64,000 nt of DNA, taken from contig JAGRMG010000243.1 in the NCBI GenBank assembly GCA_020441385.1, positions 18,732-82,731 of the forward strand. Reading direction: 5' to 3'. The DNA is from Paracoccaceae bacterium (GTDB taxonomy: Bacteria; Pseudomonadota; Alphaproteobacteria; Rhodobacterales; Rhodobacteraceae). This document shows, one piece after another, positions 10,531-20,299 of the stretch (within the stretch, counting starts at the first letter, position 1; each line of letters starts with the position of its first letter). Position numbers and translations under genes: made by a program. Under the pieces are notes generated by a model that was given only the letters and a program-made list of their open reading frames with translations, was not told the DNA's origin and did not search any database.

Positions 10531-11802
10531 TCAGGTATTCATGGAATCGAAGAAGTCCGAATTGCTCTTGGTCTGCTTGAGCTTGGAAATCAGGAACTCG
10601 ATGGCATCGGTGGTGCCCATGGGGTTCAGGATCCGCCGCAAAACAAAGGTCTTCTGAAGGTCGCCCTTGTCGACCAGAAGCTCTTCCTTGCGGGTTCCGG
10701 ATTTCAGGATGTCGATGGCCGGGAACACGCGCTTGTCCGCGATCTTGCGGTCGAGCACGATTTCCGAATTGCCGGTCCCCTTGAATTCCTCGAAGATCAC
10801 CTCGTCCATGCGGCTGCCCGTGTCGATCAGCGCGGTGGCGATGATGGTCAGGCTTCCGCCCTCTTCGATATTGCGCGCCGCGCCGAAGAACCGCTTGGGC
10901 CGTTGCAGCGCGTTGGCATCGACGCCGCCGGTCAGAACCTTGCCCGAAGATGGCACGACGGTATTGAACGCCCTACCAAGTCTTGTGATCGAGTCAAGCA
11001 AGATAACAACATCTCGTTTATGCTCGACCAGCCGCTTGGCTTTTTCGATCACCATTTCCGACACCGCAACGTGCCTCGTGGCCGGTTCGTCGAAGGTCGA
11101 GGACACCACTTCGCCCTTCACCGAACGCTGCATGTCGGTCACTTCTTCGGGGCGTTCGTCGATCAGCAGCACGATCAGATAGCATTCCGGGTGGTTCTTC
11201 TCGATCGAATTGGCGATGTTCTGCAGGATCACCGTCTTGCCGGTGCGCGGCGGCGCCACGATCAGCGACCGCTGGCCCTTGCCGATCGGCGCCACCAGGT
11301 CGATGATGCGCGCGGTGCGGTCCTTGATCGTCGGATCCGGCAATTCCATCGTCAGCCGTTCGTCGGGGTAAAGCGGCGTCAGGTTGTCGAACGCGATCTT
11401 GTGCCTGGCCTTCTCGGGGTCTTCGAAATTGATCCGCTTGACATCGGTCAGCGCGAAATAGCGTTCGCTTTCGTCGGGCGCCTTCATCGACCCTTCGATC
11501 GTGTCGCCGGTGCGCAGCGAATATTGCCGGATCATGTCGGGCGAAACATAGATGTCGTCGGGGCCGGGCAGATAGTTGGCCTCGGGCGAGCGCAGGAAGC
11601 CGAACCCGTCCTGGAGAACTTCCAACACGCCGTCGCCGCCGATCTCCCAGCCTTCGTCGGCGCGTTCGCGCAGGATCTGGAACATCATCTCGCCCTTGCG
11701 CATGGTCGAGGCGTTCTCGATCTCCAGATCTTCGGCGACGCTGAGCAGATCCTTGGGGCTCTTCGCCTTGAGATCGGCAAGGTTCAGGTATTCGGTTGTC
11801 AT
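10531..11802 (-). CDS. rho: Transcription termination factor Rho
   Basis: I start at ATG 11802 ([20 protein letters not shown]...), giving 423 aa. It has a Rho N-terminal domain, an RNA-binding domain and Walker A PPRTGKT. The 89-aa upstream extension of track ORF 10531-12069 looks non-coding. Confidence 0.95.
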   Translation of the reverse strand: MTTEYLNLADLKAKSPKDLLSVAEDLEIENASTMRKGEMMFQILRERADEGWEIGGDGVLEVLQDGFGFLRSPEANYLPGPDDIYVSPDMIRQYSLRTGDTIEGSMKAPDESERYFALTDVKRINFEDPEKARHKIAFDNLTPLYPDERLTMELPDPTIKDRTARIIDLVAPIGKGQRSLIVAPPRTGKTVILQNIANSIEKNHPECYLIVLLIDERPEEVTDMQRSVKGEVVSSTFDEPATRHVAVSEMVIEKAKRLVEHKRDVVILLDSITRLGRAFNTVVPSSGKVLTGGVDANALQRPKRFFGAARNIEEGGSLTIIATALIDTGSRMDEVIFEEFKGTGNSEIVLDRKIADKRVFPAIDILKSGTRKEELLVDKGDLQKTFVLRRILNPMGTTDAIEFLISKLKQTKSNSDFFDSMNT

Positions 11803-11936
11803 GATGATACGGCCCCTGGATACCGCCGGCGCGGCGCGATCGGAAATGTGAGCGGAAGGCACTTCGCCCGGACGGGCGAGTTCGCCAATCTCATAGTCAA
11901 GTCCGCCGCCCGAGTCAAACCGCCCGGGGTCACGTT

Positions 11937-12386
11937 TCAGAACTTCACCACGACCGACAGGACGATCACCACCATAAGGATGGTCGGCACTTCGTTCATC
12001 ATGCGGAACTGACGCCCGCTCAGCCGATTCCGGCCGGTCAGGAAATCCTGCCTTCGCGCTGCCAGCCAATAGTGAAACCAGGTCATGGCGATCACCGACG
12101 CGCCCTTGGTCCAGGGCCAGATCATCGACCAGTCCACGATGCCGGGGGTAAAGACCAGCGCCAGACCGAACCCCCAGGTGGCAAACATCGCCGGGCGCAT
12201 GATGAAGTTCAGAAGCTTCAGTTCCATGACCTCGAACACCGCGGCCGCGCCGTCTATCTCCATGACGCGTTCGACGTGATAGACGTAAAGCCGCGGCAGA
12301 TAGAACAGCCCGGCCATCCAGGACAGGACCGCCATGATGTGAAACGCCTTGTTCCAGGGATAGAGCGTGATCAGAAGGTCAATCAT
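11937..12386 (-). CDS. hemJ: Protoporphyrinogen IX oxidase HemJ (UPF0093 family membrane protein)
   Basis: I start at ATG 12386 ([37 protein letters not shown]...), giving 149 aa with 4 predicted helices. A GAGGA Shine-Dalgarno lies upstream. The 50-aa track extension runs into the AT-rich intergenic region. Confidence 0.8.
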   Translation of the reverse strand: MIDLLITLYPWNKAFHIMAVLSWMAGLFYLPRLYVYHVERVMEIDGAAAVFEVMELKLLNFIMRPAMFATWGFGLALVFTPGIVDWSMIWPWTKGASVIAMTWFHYWLAARRQDFLTGRNRLSGRQFRMMNEVPTILMVVIVLSVVVKF

Positions 12387-12793
12387 GGAGTCCTCATGGC
12401 TTCGATCCGGCTTCCTAATAATAAAAAGAAGAATAAAAAAGGTGGTTGGTTGTAATAAGGGGCGCCGGTTTGCGTGGATTATTCCGCTGTCCCGACGGAT
12501 ATCCACCGGTGCCCAAACCGGGTTCGGAACCGCCAACAGGCATGGATAACATGATTTTTCATAGTCATATCAGAAGGATAAAATATGGCCGCGACAATCC
12601 GGCCTTGGGATGAATCGCCAATACCCTGTGCATATCGCGGATGTCCCCGCCGCCAGGGTTATCCTTGCCCAGAGGGGATTGAATCGCTGGCGGGGTCGAG
12701 TTGTCCAGCCGTTCAGGTCGCGCTTGCCTTCGGTGGTCTGCTTCATGCACATCTGTCCCCGCCAAGTTGAACTGTGTCCAAAGGGTTTTCCAC
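12387..12793. other. oriC: Putative chromosomal replication origin (oriC)
   Basis: At 407 nt this is the largest non-coding gap in the window. It has an AT-rich tract at about 12416-12458 (taataataaaaagaagaataaaaaa...). DnaA-box-like 9-mers with 7/9 matches to TTATCCACA are CGTGGATTA at 12473-12481, ATATCCACC at 12499-12507 and CATGGATAA at 12541-12549. Weaker 6/9 sites lie at 12573-12581 and 12659-12667. Flanking genes diverge from it. The parAB-rsmG-mnmG-mnmE-rho-hemJ | maf-aroE-coaE-dnaQ synteny matches the Caulobacter origin neighbourhood. Confidence 0.55.
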
Positions 12794-13393
12794 ATGCCTG
12801 CCCCCATCGTTCTGGCTTCGGGATCCGGGATTCGCGCGCAGTTGCTGCGCAACGCCGGCGTGCCGTTTAGCATCGAGGTTGCGCGGGTGGACGAGGAGCC
12901 GCTGAAATCCGCGCTGCTGGCGGACGGCGCCAAACCACGCGATATCGCCGATGCGCTGGCCGAAGCGAAGGCGCGCTGCATCAGCACCAGGCACCCCGGC
13001 GTGCTGGTGATCGGCTGCGATCAGCTGCTGGAATTCGAGGCGCAGCTGATGTCCAAACCGGAAAGCCCGGACATGGCGTTGACGCAGCTGCGCAACCTGC
13101 GTGGCCGGCGCCACAGGCTGCTGTCGGCCGCCGTGGTCTGCCGTGACGGCCAGCCGCTCTGGCGCCACGTCGGGCAGGTGCGCTTGCATATGCGCGCGGT
13201 GACGGATGGCTATCTGGAAGGTTATGTCGTGCGCAACTGGGACAGCATCCGCCACGCCGTCGGCGCCTACAAGCTCGAGGAAGAGGGCGTTCGGCTGTTC
13301 AGCGCCGTCGAGGGGGATTACTTTCACGTTTTGGGTATGCCATTGCTTGAATTGCTGGGCTTTCTGATGCAGCAAAGAGTGATCGAGCAATGA
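12794..13393 (+). CDS. maf: Maf-like nucleoside triphosphate pyrophosphatase
   Basis: Start at ATG 12794 (MPAPIVLASGSGIRAQLL...). The Maf family pattern runs through GAYKLEEEG. Overlaps the aroE start. Confidence 0.85.
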   Translation: MPAPIVLASGSGIRAQLLRNAGVPFSIEVARVDEEPLKSALLADGAKPRDIADALAEAKARCISTRHPGVLVIGCDQLLEFEAQLMSKPESPDMALTQLRNLRGRRHRLLSAAVVCRDGQPLWRHVGQVRLHMRAVTDGYLEGYVVRNWDSIRHAVGAYKLEEEGVRLFSAVEGDYFHVLGMPLLELLGFLMQQRVIEQ

Positions 13394-14223
13394 CCGAGAC
13401 CAAGATACCTCTGGCTGGCGTGATCGGCACGCCGATCGCGCATTCCCGGTCGCCGCGGCTGTTCCGGCACTGGCTGACGACGCATGGCATTGCCGGGCAC
13501 TACATTCCGATGGACGTGGCGCATGAAAACCTCGAGGCGGTTCTGCGCACCCTGCCGAAGATGGGATTCGTGGGCGCCAACATCACCATCCCGCACAAGG
13601 AAACGGTGATGGGCATCGCCGATCAGATCAGCGACCGGGCAACATTGATCGGCGCCGCGAATACCCTGATCTTTCGCCAGGACGGTAAGATTCATGCAGA
13701 TAATACAGACGGTTACGGATTCATCGAAAACCTGCGCAACGGCGCCCCGGACTGGGATGCGAAATCGGGCCCGGCGGCGGTGCTGGGTGCCGGGGGCGCA
13801 GCGCGGGCGGTGGTGGCCGCCCTGCTGGACGCGGGCGCGCCTGAAATCCTGCTGAGCAACCGCACCAGGGTGCGCGCCGAACGCCTGAAGGACGATTTCG
13901 GCACCCGTATCCGCGTCATCGACTGGGTACAGGCCGGCAACATGCTGGACGAGGCGGCCCTAGTCGTGAACACCACCTCGCTGGGCATGGTCGGCAAGCC
14001 CGAATTGCGGGTGCCTCTGGACGGGTTGCGAAAGGGCGTTGTCGTCACCGACCTGGTCTATTCCCCGCTCAAGACCAATCTGCTGCTCGCGGCGCAAGAG
14101 GCGGGCTGCGTTCCGGTCGACGGGCTGGGAATGCTGCTCTACCAGGCGGTGCCCGGGTTCGAGCGCTGGTTCGGCGTGCGCCCCGTCGTGGACAACGCAA
14201 CGCGGGCGGCGGCGCTCAGATGA
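13390..14223 (+). CDS. aroE: Shikimate 5-dehydrogenase
   Basis: 277 aa with VIGTPIAHSRSP, NITIPHKE and the NADP motif VLGAGGAARAV. Confidence 0.9.
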   Translation: MTETKIPLAGVIGTPIAHSRSPRLFRHWLTTHGIAGHYIPMDVAHENLEAVLRTLPKMGFVGANITIPHKETVMGIADQISDRATLIGAANTLIFRQDGKIHADNTDGYGFIENLRNGAPDWDAKSGPAAVLGAGGAARAVVAALLDAGAPEILLSNRTRVRAERLKDDFGTRIRVIDWVQAGNMLDEAALVVNTTSLGMVGKPELRVPLDGLRKGVVVTDLVYSPLKTNLLLAAQEAGCVPVDGLGMLLYQAVPGFERWFGVRPVVDNATRAAALR

Positions 14224-14813
14224 GCTTTCACCTCGGATTGACCGGCTCGATCGGCATGGGCAAAAGCAGCACGGCCCGGCTGTTCGCCGAGGCAGGCTGT
14301 GCGGTCTGGGATGCCGACGCCGCGGTTCACCGCCTTTACGCCCCCGGCGGTGCGGCGGTGGCGCCGATGCGGGCGGCCTTTCCCGGCGCGGTCGAGGGCG
14401 GCGCCGTCAGCCGTGCGGCGCTGAAGCGGATCATCGGGGACGATCCCGCCGCCCTGCACCGGATCGAATCCATCGTGCATCCGTTGGTGGCACGAGACCG
14501 CGCCGATTTCACGAGGAACGCCACCGCCGACATTCTCGTGTTCGACATACCGCTGCTGTTCGAAACCGGGGGCAACAGGGCGATGGATGCCGTGGTCTGC
14601 GTCAGCGCGCCGGCAGAGGTTCAGGAGGCGCGCGTTCTCGAGCGCGCGACCATGACGGCAGGACAGTTTCGCCAGATCAGGGACAAGCAGATGCCCGACG
14701 CGGAAAAGCGTGCACGATCAGATTACGTTGTCGTCACCGACACGCCGGAGCATGCCCGCGCGCAGGTCCGGGCGATAGTGGACACGATCATGGCAGGGCT
14801 GAGAGATGCGTGA
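14220..14813 (+). CDS. coaE: Dephospho-CoA kinase
   Basis: 197 aa with the P-loop [12 protein letters not shown]. The start overlaps the aroE stop. Confidence 0.9.
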   Translation: MSFHLGLTGSIGMGKSSTARLFAEAGCAVWDADAAVHRLYAPGGAAVAPMRAAFPGAVEGGAVSRAALKRIIGDDPAALHRIESIVHPLVARDRADFTRNATADILVFDIPLLFETGGNRAMDAVVCVSAPAEVQEARVLERATMTAGQFRQIRDKQMPDAEKRARSDYVVVTDTPEHARAQVRAIVDTIMAGLRDA

Positions 14814-15492
14814 AATCGTTCTGGATACCGAAACCACGGGTCTCGACCCCGAAACAGGCGACCGCATCGTCGAGATCGGCGGCGTCGAACTGTTCAATCA
14901 CGTCGTCACGGGCCGCACCTATCATCAGTACATCAACCCCGAACGCGACATGCCCCAGGGCGCGTTCGAGGTGCACGGGCTGAGCGAGGAATTCCTGCGC
15001 GACAAGCCGAAATTCGCCGAGATCGGCCAGGCGTTCCTGGATTTCGTCGGCGATGCCAGGCTGGTCATCCACAACGCATCCTTCGACATGAAGTTTCTCA
15101 ATGCCGAACTGCGATGGATGCGCCTGCCGGTGCTGCCATGGGAACGGGCGGTCGATACGCTGGCTATCGCGCGCAAGAAATTCCCCGGCTCGCCGGCCAG
15201 CCTCGATGCGCTGTGCCGCCGTTTCGGCATAGACAATTCCGCGCGCACCCTGCATGGCGCGCTGCTGGATTCCGAGATTCTGGCCGAGGTCTACCTGGAA
15301 CTGATCGGCGGCCGCCAGCCCGATTTCGCCCTTGCCCCGGCCGGTGCGGCGCGCGGGCCGGGCGGCGCGCCGGAATGGCGGCCCCGCCCTCGCCCCCAAC
15401 CGCTGCCGCCGCGTATCACCGCCGAGGAACGCGCCGCGCATGACGCCTTCGTCGAAAGCCTGGGCGAAGATGCGCTGTGGCGGCGCGCCTGA
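14806..15492 (+). CDS. dnaQ: DNA polymerase III epsilon subunit (3'-5' exonuclease)
   Basis: 228 aa with Exo motifs [27 protein letters not shown] and [14 protein letters not shown]. Confidence 0.92.
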   Translation: MREIVLDTETTGLDPETGDRIVEIGGVELFNHVVTGRTYHQYINPERDMPQGAFEVHGLSEEFLRDKPKFAEIGQAFLDFVGDARLVIHNASFDMKFLNAELRWMRLPVLPWERAVDTLAIARKKFPGSPASLDALCRRFGIDNSARTLHGALLDSEILAEVYLELIGGRQPDFALAPAGAARGPGGAPEWRPRPRPQPLPPRITAEERAAHDAFVESLGEDALWRRA

Positions 15493-15516
15493 CGGGGCCG
15501 GGCGCGCCGGATCGGT

Positions 15517-16059
15517 TCAGGCCTTGGCGGGCTCTCCGCCCGCGGCGGCCTGGGCGGCCTGCCGGCGCGCCACTTCGGCGCGGTAGATGCCGACGAAATC
15601 CATGTTGTCCAGGTTCAGCGGCGGGAATCCGCCATCGCTGGTGACGTCGCTGACGACCCGGCGCAGGAACGGAAACACCATGCGCGGGCATTCGATCAGC
15701 AGGAAGGGGTGCATCTGTTCTTCCGGCACGCCTTCGATATGGAAGATGCCGACATATTCGATCTCCATCAGGAACAGGACATCGCCGGTGTTCTTGGCCT
15801 TGGATTCGATGTTCAGCTTGATGCTGGATTCATAGGTGTGTTCCTGCGGCCGCTTCTTGGCGTCGAGGTTGACCTGCACGCTGATATCGGGCTGCCCCTC
15901 GACCGAGGCACCCTTCTGCGCCATCACGTTTTCGAAAGACAGATCGCGGACGAACTGCCCCAGAACCCGCATCTGAACCTGTTGCGCCTGCTGGGCGGCT
16001 GCGTCCTTCTTCGCTTCGGTCTTGTTGTCGCCTGAACCGGCGGCACCGTTCTCGGTCAT
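15517..16059 (-). CDS. secB: Protein-export chaperone SecB
   Basis: QMRVLGQFVRDLSFE...ECPRMVFPFLRRVVSDVTSDGGFPPLNL is SecB-like. I start at ATG 16059, preceded by GAGGAG; the track uses GTG 16068. Confidence 0.9.
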   Translation of the reverse strand: MTENGAAGSGDNKTEAKKDAAAQQAQQVQMRVLGQFVRDLSFENVMAQKGASVEGQPDISVQVNLDAKKRPQEHTYESSIKLNIESKAKNTGDVLFLMEIEYVGIFHIEGVPEEQMHPFLLIECPRMVFPFLRRVVSDVTSDGGFPPLNLDNMDFVGIYRAEVARRQAAQAAAGGEPAKA

Positions 16060-16113
16060 TCGGGTCACTCCTCAAAATGCTTGGCGATTGCATAACAGCT
16101 TGCCCGGGCCACC

Positions 16114-16629
16114 TCAATGGCGGTCGGGGCCCTCGACCCAGCCCGAAGGCCGGGCGTTTGCGCCGCGCCTGGGGCGCACTTCCTCGAACTCGCCCTCGAC
16201 CACATCGCCGGGCATGCCGCCGCCCCGAAAGCCGCCCGGCCCGGCCCGCGGATCGCCCCGCGGGCCCATGCTGAACTGCGTCACAGTGACCCGCTTGCGC
16301 AGATAGCGCAACACCGCCATCCGCACCGGCGGCATCAGCAGCGCAAAGCCCACGGCATCGGTAAAGAACCCCGGCGTGAGCAGCAGCGCCCCCGCGATCA
16401 GGATCATGGCACCATGCGCCAGCGGCTCGGTCGGGTCATCGAGCTCCGCGAACGACCGGCGCAATTGGCCCATCGCGGCAGCGCCCTGGCTGCGCACCAG
16501 CCAGGTGCCAAGGATGGCGGTCAGAACCACGACGGCCAGCGTCGGCCACAACCCGATGGCGCCGCCCACCTGGATGAACAGCGCGATCTCGATCAGCGGA
16601 ACGGCCAGAAAGGCCAGAAACAGCAGCAT
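16114..16629 (-). CDS. fxsA: FxsA family membrane protein
   Basis: MLLFLAFLAVPLIEIALFIQVGG...LLLTPGFFTD is the FxsA signature. The start could be ATG 16629 or 16638. Confidence 0.75.
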   Translation of the reverse strand: MLLFLAFLAVPLIEIALFIQVGGAIGLWPTLAVVVLTAILGTWLVRSQGAAAMGQLRRSFAELDDPTEPLAHGAMILIAGALLLTPGFFTDAVGFALLMPPVRMAVLRYLRKRVTVTQFSMGPRGDPRAGPGGFRGGGMPGDVVEGEFEEVRPRRGANARPSGWVEGPDRH

Positions 16630-16737
16630 TAAGCACATCCTTTCGCTTGCGCTGGACAGTGGACTTGCCCCTGCCCCTCACCTACATAGGAGCCAAAGGC
16701 ACGGCTTACAAAGCCTTGCGTCTGCGAAGAGGACCGA

Positions 16738-17394
16738 ATGAACTCTCCACTGATCCAGCTTCTCGTGCTGGCCGGCATCGCGGTGTTTCTGATCCTGCGC
16801 CTGAAAAGCGTGCTGGGCAGCCGCGAGGGCTTTGAGAAACCGTCAGCACCGGAAAAGGCGGTGAAGAAATCCCGCAAGGGTTTCGAGGTGATCGAAGGCG
16901 GTCCCGATCGCGACATCACCGACCATGTGCCCGAAAACGACGAGGCGGCGCAGCAACTGGCCGCTATGAAGCGGGTGGAGCCGGAATTTTCCGTCACCGA
17001 ATTCGTTCAGGGCGCCCGCGGCGCATACGAGATGATCGTGATGGGCTTCGAGCGCGGCAACATCGACGACCTGATCCCGTTTCTGGCCGAAGACGTCTAT
17101 GACGCCTTCGCCCAGGTGGTCGAGGCACGCGAGGAACAGGGTTTGCAGATCGAATCCGAATTCGTCGGCGTGCGCGAAACCTCGATCGCCGATGTGCGGT
17201 TCGACAAGGACAGCGGCCGCGCCGAGATCACCATGCGGTTTGTCGGCGAACTGACCTCGGTCGTGCGCGACCGTGGCGGCGACATCATCGAAGGCAGCGC
17301 CAGCACCGTCAAACGCCAGAAGGATACCTGGACCTTCGCCCGTATCATGGGCACGGACGATCCGAACTGGCGGCTGGTTGCAACGGACGCATGA
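16738..17394 (+). CDS. Tim44-like domain protein (membrane-anchored)
   Basis: 218 aa with an N-terminal TM helix and a C-terminal Tim44-like domain (WTFARIMG..DPNWRLV). The position between secB and mltA is conserved in alphaproteobacteria. Confidence 0.75.
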   Translation: MNSPLIQLLVLAGIAVFLILRLKSVLGSREGFEKPSAPEKAVKKSRKGFEVIEGGPDRDITDHVPENDEAAQQLAAMKRVEPEFSVTEFVQGARGAYEMIVMGFERGNIDDLIPFLAEDVYDAFAQVVEAREEQGLQIESEFVGVRETSIADVRFDKDSGRAEITMRFVGELTSVVRDRGGDIIEGSASTVKRQKDTWTFARIMGTDDPNWRLVATDA

Positions 17395-18440
17395 TTGCGG
17401 CGGCCCGCTCGATCCTGTTGGCGGGGGCGGCGATGATCGCCGCCGCGACCGGGCCGGGGGCCGAACCAAGCCGCGAGATCCTGGGGTTCGACCAGCTCGA
17501 CGGCTGGGAAAACGACGATCACGCCGCCGCGCTGGCGGCGTTCCTGGTCACATGCCCCGATCTCGACGATCCCGACTGGCGCGCCCTTTGCGCGGTGGCA
17601 CAGCAGCACGACCCGGCCGGCGCGCGCGCCTTCTTTGAACTGTTCTTCCGGCCGGTGCTTGTCCGTGACGGGCAGGAGGCGCTGTTCACCGGATATTTCG
17701 AACCCGAACTGAACGGTTCGATACACCCCACCGACCGGTTCCGCTATCCGCTTTACCGGATGCCGGACGAGGCGCGCGATGCCAATCCGTGGCTGACGCG
17801 GCGCGAGATCCTCACAGGCGAGGCGATGCGCGGCCGCGGGCTTGAAATCGCGTGGGTCGACGACCCGGTCGAGCTGTTCTTCCTCCAGATCCAGGGCTCT
17901 GGCCGCATTCGCCTGCCTGGCGGGCGCATGCTGCGCGTCGGCTATGGCGGCGCCAACGGCCATCCCTACAGGTCGATCGGCGCGGAACTGGTGCGGCGCG
18001 GCATCTATTCGGCGCACCAGGTCAGCGCCCAGGTCATTCGCAGCTGGGTCCGGCGCAACCCGGTCGCGGGGGCGGAACTGCTGATGCACAACCCGTCCTA
18101 CGTGTTCTTCCGCGAGGTTCGGCTGGCGACCGACAGCACCGGCCCGCTGGGTGCGATGAACCGCCCCGTTACCGCGTTGCGCAGCATCGCGGTCGATCCC
18201 GCCTTCACGCCGCTGGGCGCGCCGGTCTGGCTGGAAAAGGACGGCCAGGGCAAGATGCGCCGCCTGATGATCGCGCAGGATACCGGCTCGGCGATCAAGG
18301 GTGCGCAGCGCGCCGATATCTTCTTCGGCACCGGCGATGCGGCGGGCCAGGCGGCCGGCCGGCTGCGCGATCCGGGCCGGATGCTGGTGCTGCTGCCCAT
18401 ACAGCGCGCCTATGCCATGCTGCCGGAGACAAGCGAATGA
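17391..18440 (+). CDS. mltA: Murein transglycosylase A
   Basis: 349 aa with a signal-like N-terminus, FTGYFEP and 3D-domain motifs (AVDP...PLGAPVWLE...AQDTGSAIKG..RADIFFG). Confidence 0.85.
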   Translation: MIAAARSILLAGAAMIAAATGPGAEPSREILGFDQLDGWENDDHAAALAAFLVTCPDLDDPDWRALCAVAQQHDPAGARAFFELFFRPVLVRDGQEALFTGYFEPELNGSIHPTDRFRYPLYRMPDEARDANPWLTRREILTGEAMRGRGLEIAWVDDPVELFFLQIQGSGRIRLPGGRMLRVGYGGANGHPYRSIGAELVRRGIYSAHQVSAQVIRSWVRRNPVAGAELLMHNPSYVFFREVRLATDSTGPLGAMNRPVTALRSIAVDPAFTPLGAPVWLEKDGQGKMRRLMIAQDTGSAIKGAQRADIFFGTGDAAGQAAGRLRDPGRMLVLLPIQRAYAMLPETSE

Positions 18441-19012
18441 GCCGCCGCCGCCTGCGACCCGACGAGATCGAACTGTGGCGCTGCGTGGCCGACCGGGTCG
18501 AGCGTCTGCACCCCGAAGCCGCCGCCAAACCGCCGCCCCTGCCCCGGCCGAAACCCGTCAAGCCGCCTGTGGCGCGGATCGAACCCTTCGCGCTGGGCCA
18601 GGCGGCGCGGGCGAAACCCGGCCGCCACGATCTGAAGCCGGGCCTGCCCGACAGGCTTGGCGCGAACGGATTGCGGATGGACCGCAAGGTCTTTGCCCGC
18701 ATGAAGCGGGGCAAGCTGTCGCCCGAGGCCCGCATCGACCTGCACGGACGCCGGCTGGAGGATGCGCACGGCGCGCTCGTGCGCTTTGTCCTGTCCTCGC
18801 AGGCATCGGGGCGGCGGCTGGTGCTGGTCATTACCGGCAAGGGCAAGTCGGGGCCCGACGATGGCCCGATCCCCAGGCCGCGCGGCGTGCTGCGCCACCA
18901 GGTACCGGAATGGCTGGCGCTGCCGCCGCTGGCGCAGGCGGTGTTGCAGGTAACGACTGCGCATGCCAGCCATGGCGGCAGCGGGGCCTATTACGTCTAT
19001 CTGCGGCGCTGA
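18437..19012 (+). CDS. Smr-domain protein (MutS2-type small nuclease domain)
   Basis: The ATG at 18437 overlaps the mltA stop. The C-terminal IDLHGRRLEDAHGALVRFV...LVLVITGKG...GVLRHQVPEWL is an Smr domain. Track ORF 17852-19012 is over-extended. Confidence 0.8.
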   Translation: MSRRRLRPDEIELWRCVADRVERLHPEAAAKPPPLPRPKPVKPPVARIEPFALGQAARAKPGRHDLKPGLPDRLGANGLRMDRKVFARMKRGKLSPEARIDLHGRRLEDAHGALVRFVLSSQASGRRLVLVITGKGKSGPDDGPIPRPRGVLRHQVPEWLALPPLAQAVLQVTTAHASHGGSGAYYVYLRR

Positions 19013-19027
19013 GCGGCCGGCGGGCCG

Positions 19028-20299
19028 TCATGCGGCCATCGACGTTCGCGCCCGGGCGATACCGGCCGACATCATCGCGGTGGCGAACAGGAAATAGACC
19101 GCAACGCCGGCATATTGCGTCTCAAGCCCGACCCCGGCGTCGATCAGAACCCCGGTGATCCCCGGCCCCACGGCCGATCCGAACACCATCACCGCCGCCG
19201 CCATCGCCTTGATCGCGCCGATATGCGCGGTGCCGTAGAACTCGGCCCAGAAGGCATTGGGCAGGGTCGAATTCGCGCCGGTGGTCAGCGCCAGAAAGAA
19301 GAACGCGGCCAGCGCCATACCCGGACCGGCCGCCTGGGCGAACAGCAGGAACGCCGCAACCATCGGCAACTGGTAGAACGGCATCAGCCGCGCCGTGCCC
19401 AGCCGGTCGAGCATCCAGCCAGACGCCACCATCGCGACGATGGACAGCCCGGTATAGACCGGAAACATCGCGACCAGCTCCACATGCGTCCAGCCCTTCA
19501 GTTCGGCGAAATGCACCTGCTGGAAGAAGAACGCCGTGTTGAATGCCGCCGGACCCAGCAGCGCGGGTATCATGAACCAGAACAGCGGATGGCGCAGCGT
19601 CTGTCCGCGGGTCCAGTGCATGCCGTTCATGCCGGCCGCGGAATGGCTGGCCGCCATGCTTTGGGGCGTGCGTTCAAGCCGCAGAAGCCGCGCCAGAACC
19701 GGAATGCCCGCCAGCGCGATCAGCGCCGCCGCGACCCAGAGCGTGCGCCATTCCACGCGCCCCATCAGCGCGACGAACAGGATCGGCAGTATCGCCTCGC
19801 CGGCGGCGAATCCCAGCGTGGCGATGGCCAGCGCGCGCCCGCGCGTGGCCACGAACCATCGCGCCATCGCCACCACCGCGATATGGCTTGTCATGCCCTG
19901 CCCGAAAAAGCGTAGCAGAAAGATCACCCCCGGCAGAACCCAGGCCAGCGGATTGAACGCCATGGCCAGACAGGCCAAGGCCAGCCCGACCAGAATCGCC
20001 GGGCCCAGCGCCCGCACCCGGAACCTGTCGGTCAGGCCGCCGGCCCAGATCATGACCACGGCCGACACGGTCGTACCCAGCGAATAGATGCCGCCCCACT
20101 GGCCGTGACTCAAGGCGAACTCGGCGCGGATCTCGCCGGCAAAGACCGAGATGAAGAAGGTCTGGCCAAAACTGGACAGGAACGTGAGAATCCCGCCCGC
20201 CGCAAGAAACGGCGCGTTGCGCCGCAGGTAGCTGCCCAGCCCGCCGCTGTCGGGGGCATCGTTGCCTTGGCTGTCCATGCGGTCTGGCCGGGCGGTCAT
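19028..20299 (-). CDS. MFS transporter
   Basis: 423 aa with about 12 hydrophobic segments. The start overlaps the stop of the upstream DUF900 gene. Confidence 0.8.
   Translation of the reverse strand: MTARPDRMDSQGNDAPDSGGLGSYLRRNAPFLAAGGILTFLSSFGQTFFISVFAGEIRAEFALSHGQWGGIYSLGTTVSAVVMIWAGGLTDRFRVRALGPAILVGLALACLAMAFNPLAWVLPGVIFLLRFFGQGMTSHIAVVAMARWFVATRGRALAIATLGFAAGEAILPILFVALMGRVEWRTLWVAAALIALAGIPVLARLLRLERTPQSMAASHSAAGMNGMHWTRGQTLRHPLFWFMIPALLGPAAFNTAFFFQQVHFAELKGWTHVELVAMFPVYTGLSIVAMVASGWMLDRLGTARLMPFYQLPMVAAFLLFAQAAGPGMALAAFFFLALTTGANSTLPNAFWAEFYGTAHIGAIKAMAAAVMVFGSAVGPGITGVLIDAGVGLETQYAGVAVYFLFATAMMSAGIARARTSMAA

Noticed and set aside
11803-12069. N-terminal extensions of track ORFs for rho (89 aa), hemJ (50 aa), hemH (53 aa), ubiG (130 aa), addB, murU, amgK, regB and rdgB (356 aa)
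   Set aside because: The extensions are Arg/Pro-rich and run into upstream genes or intergenic DNA. Internal ATGs give N-termini typical of each family, often with stop/start overlaps or Shine-Dalgarno sequences.
12565-12987. Several 60-140-aa ORFs on both strands inside the hemJ-maf gap
   Set aside because: They overlap one another in the AT-rich/DnaA-box region. They have no Shine-Dalgarno or family features and show poor codon bias. The region is better explained as oriC plus promoters.
16639-16737. Possible promoter (CTTGCC ... TACATA) between fxsA and the Tim44-like gene
   Set aside because: Spacing between the candidate -35 and -10 hexamers is about 13 nt, not 16-18. This is too weak to report as a feature.
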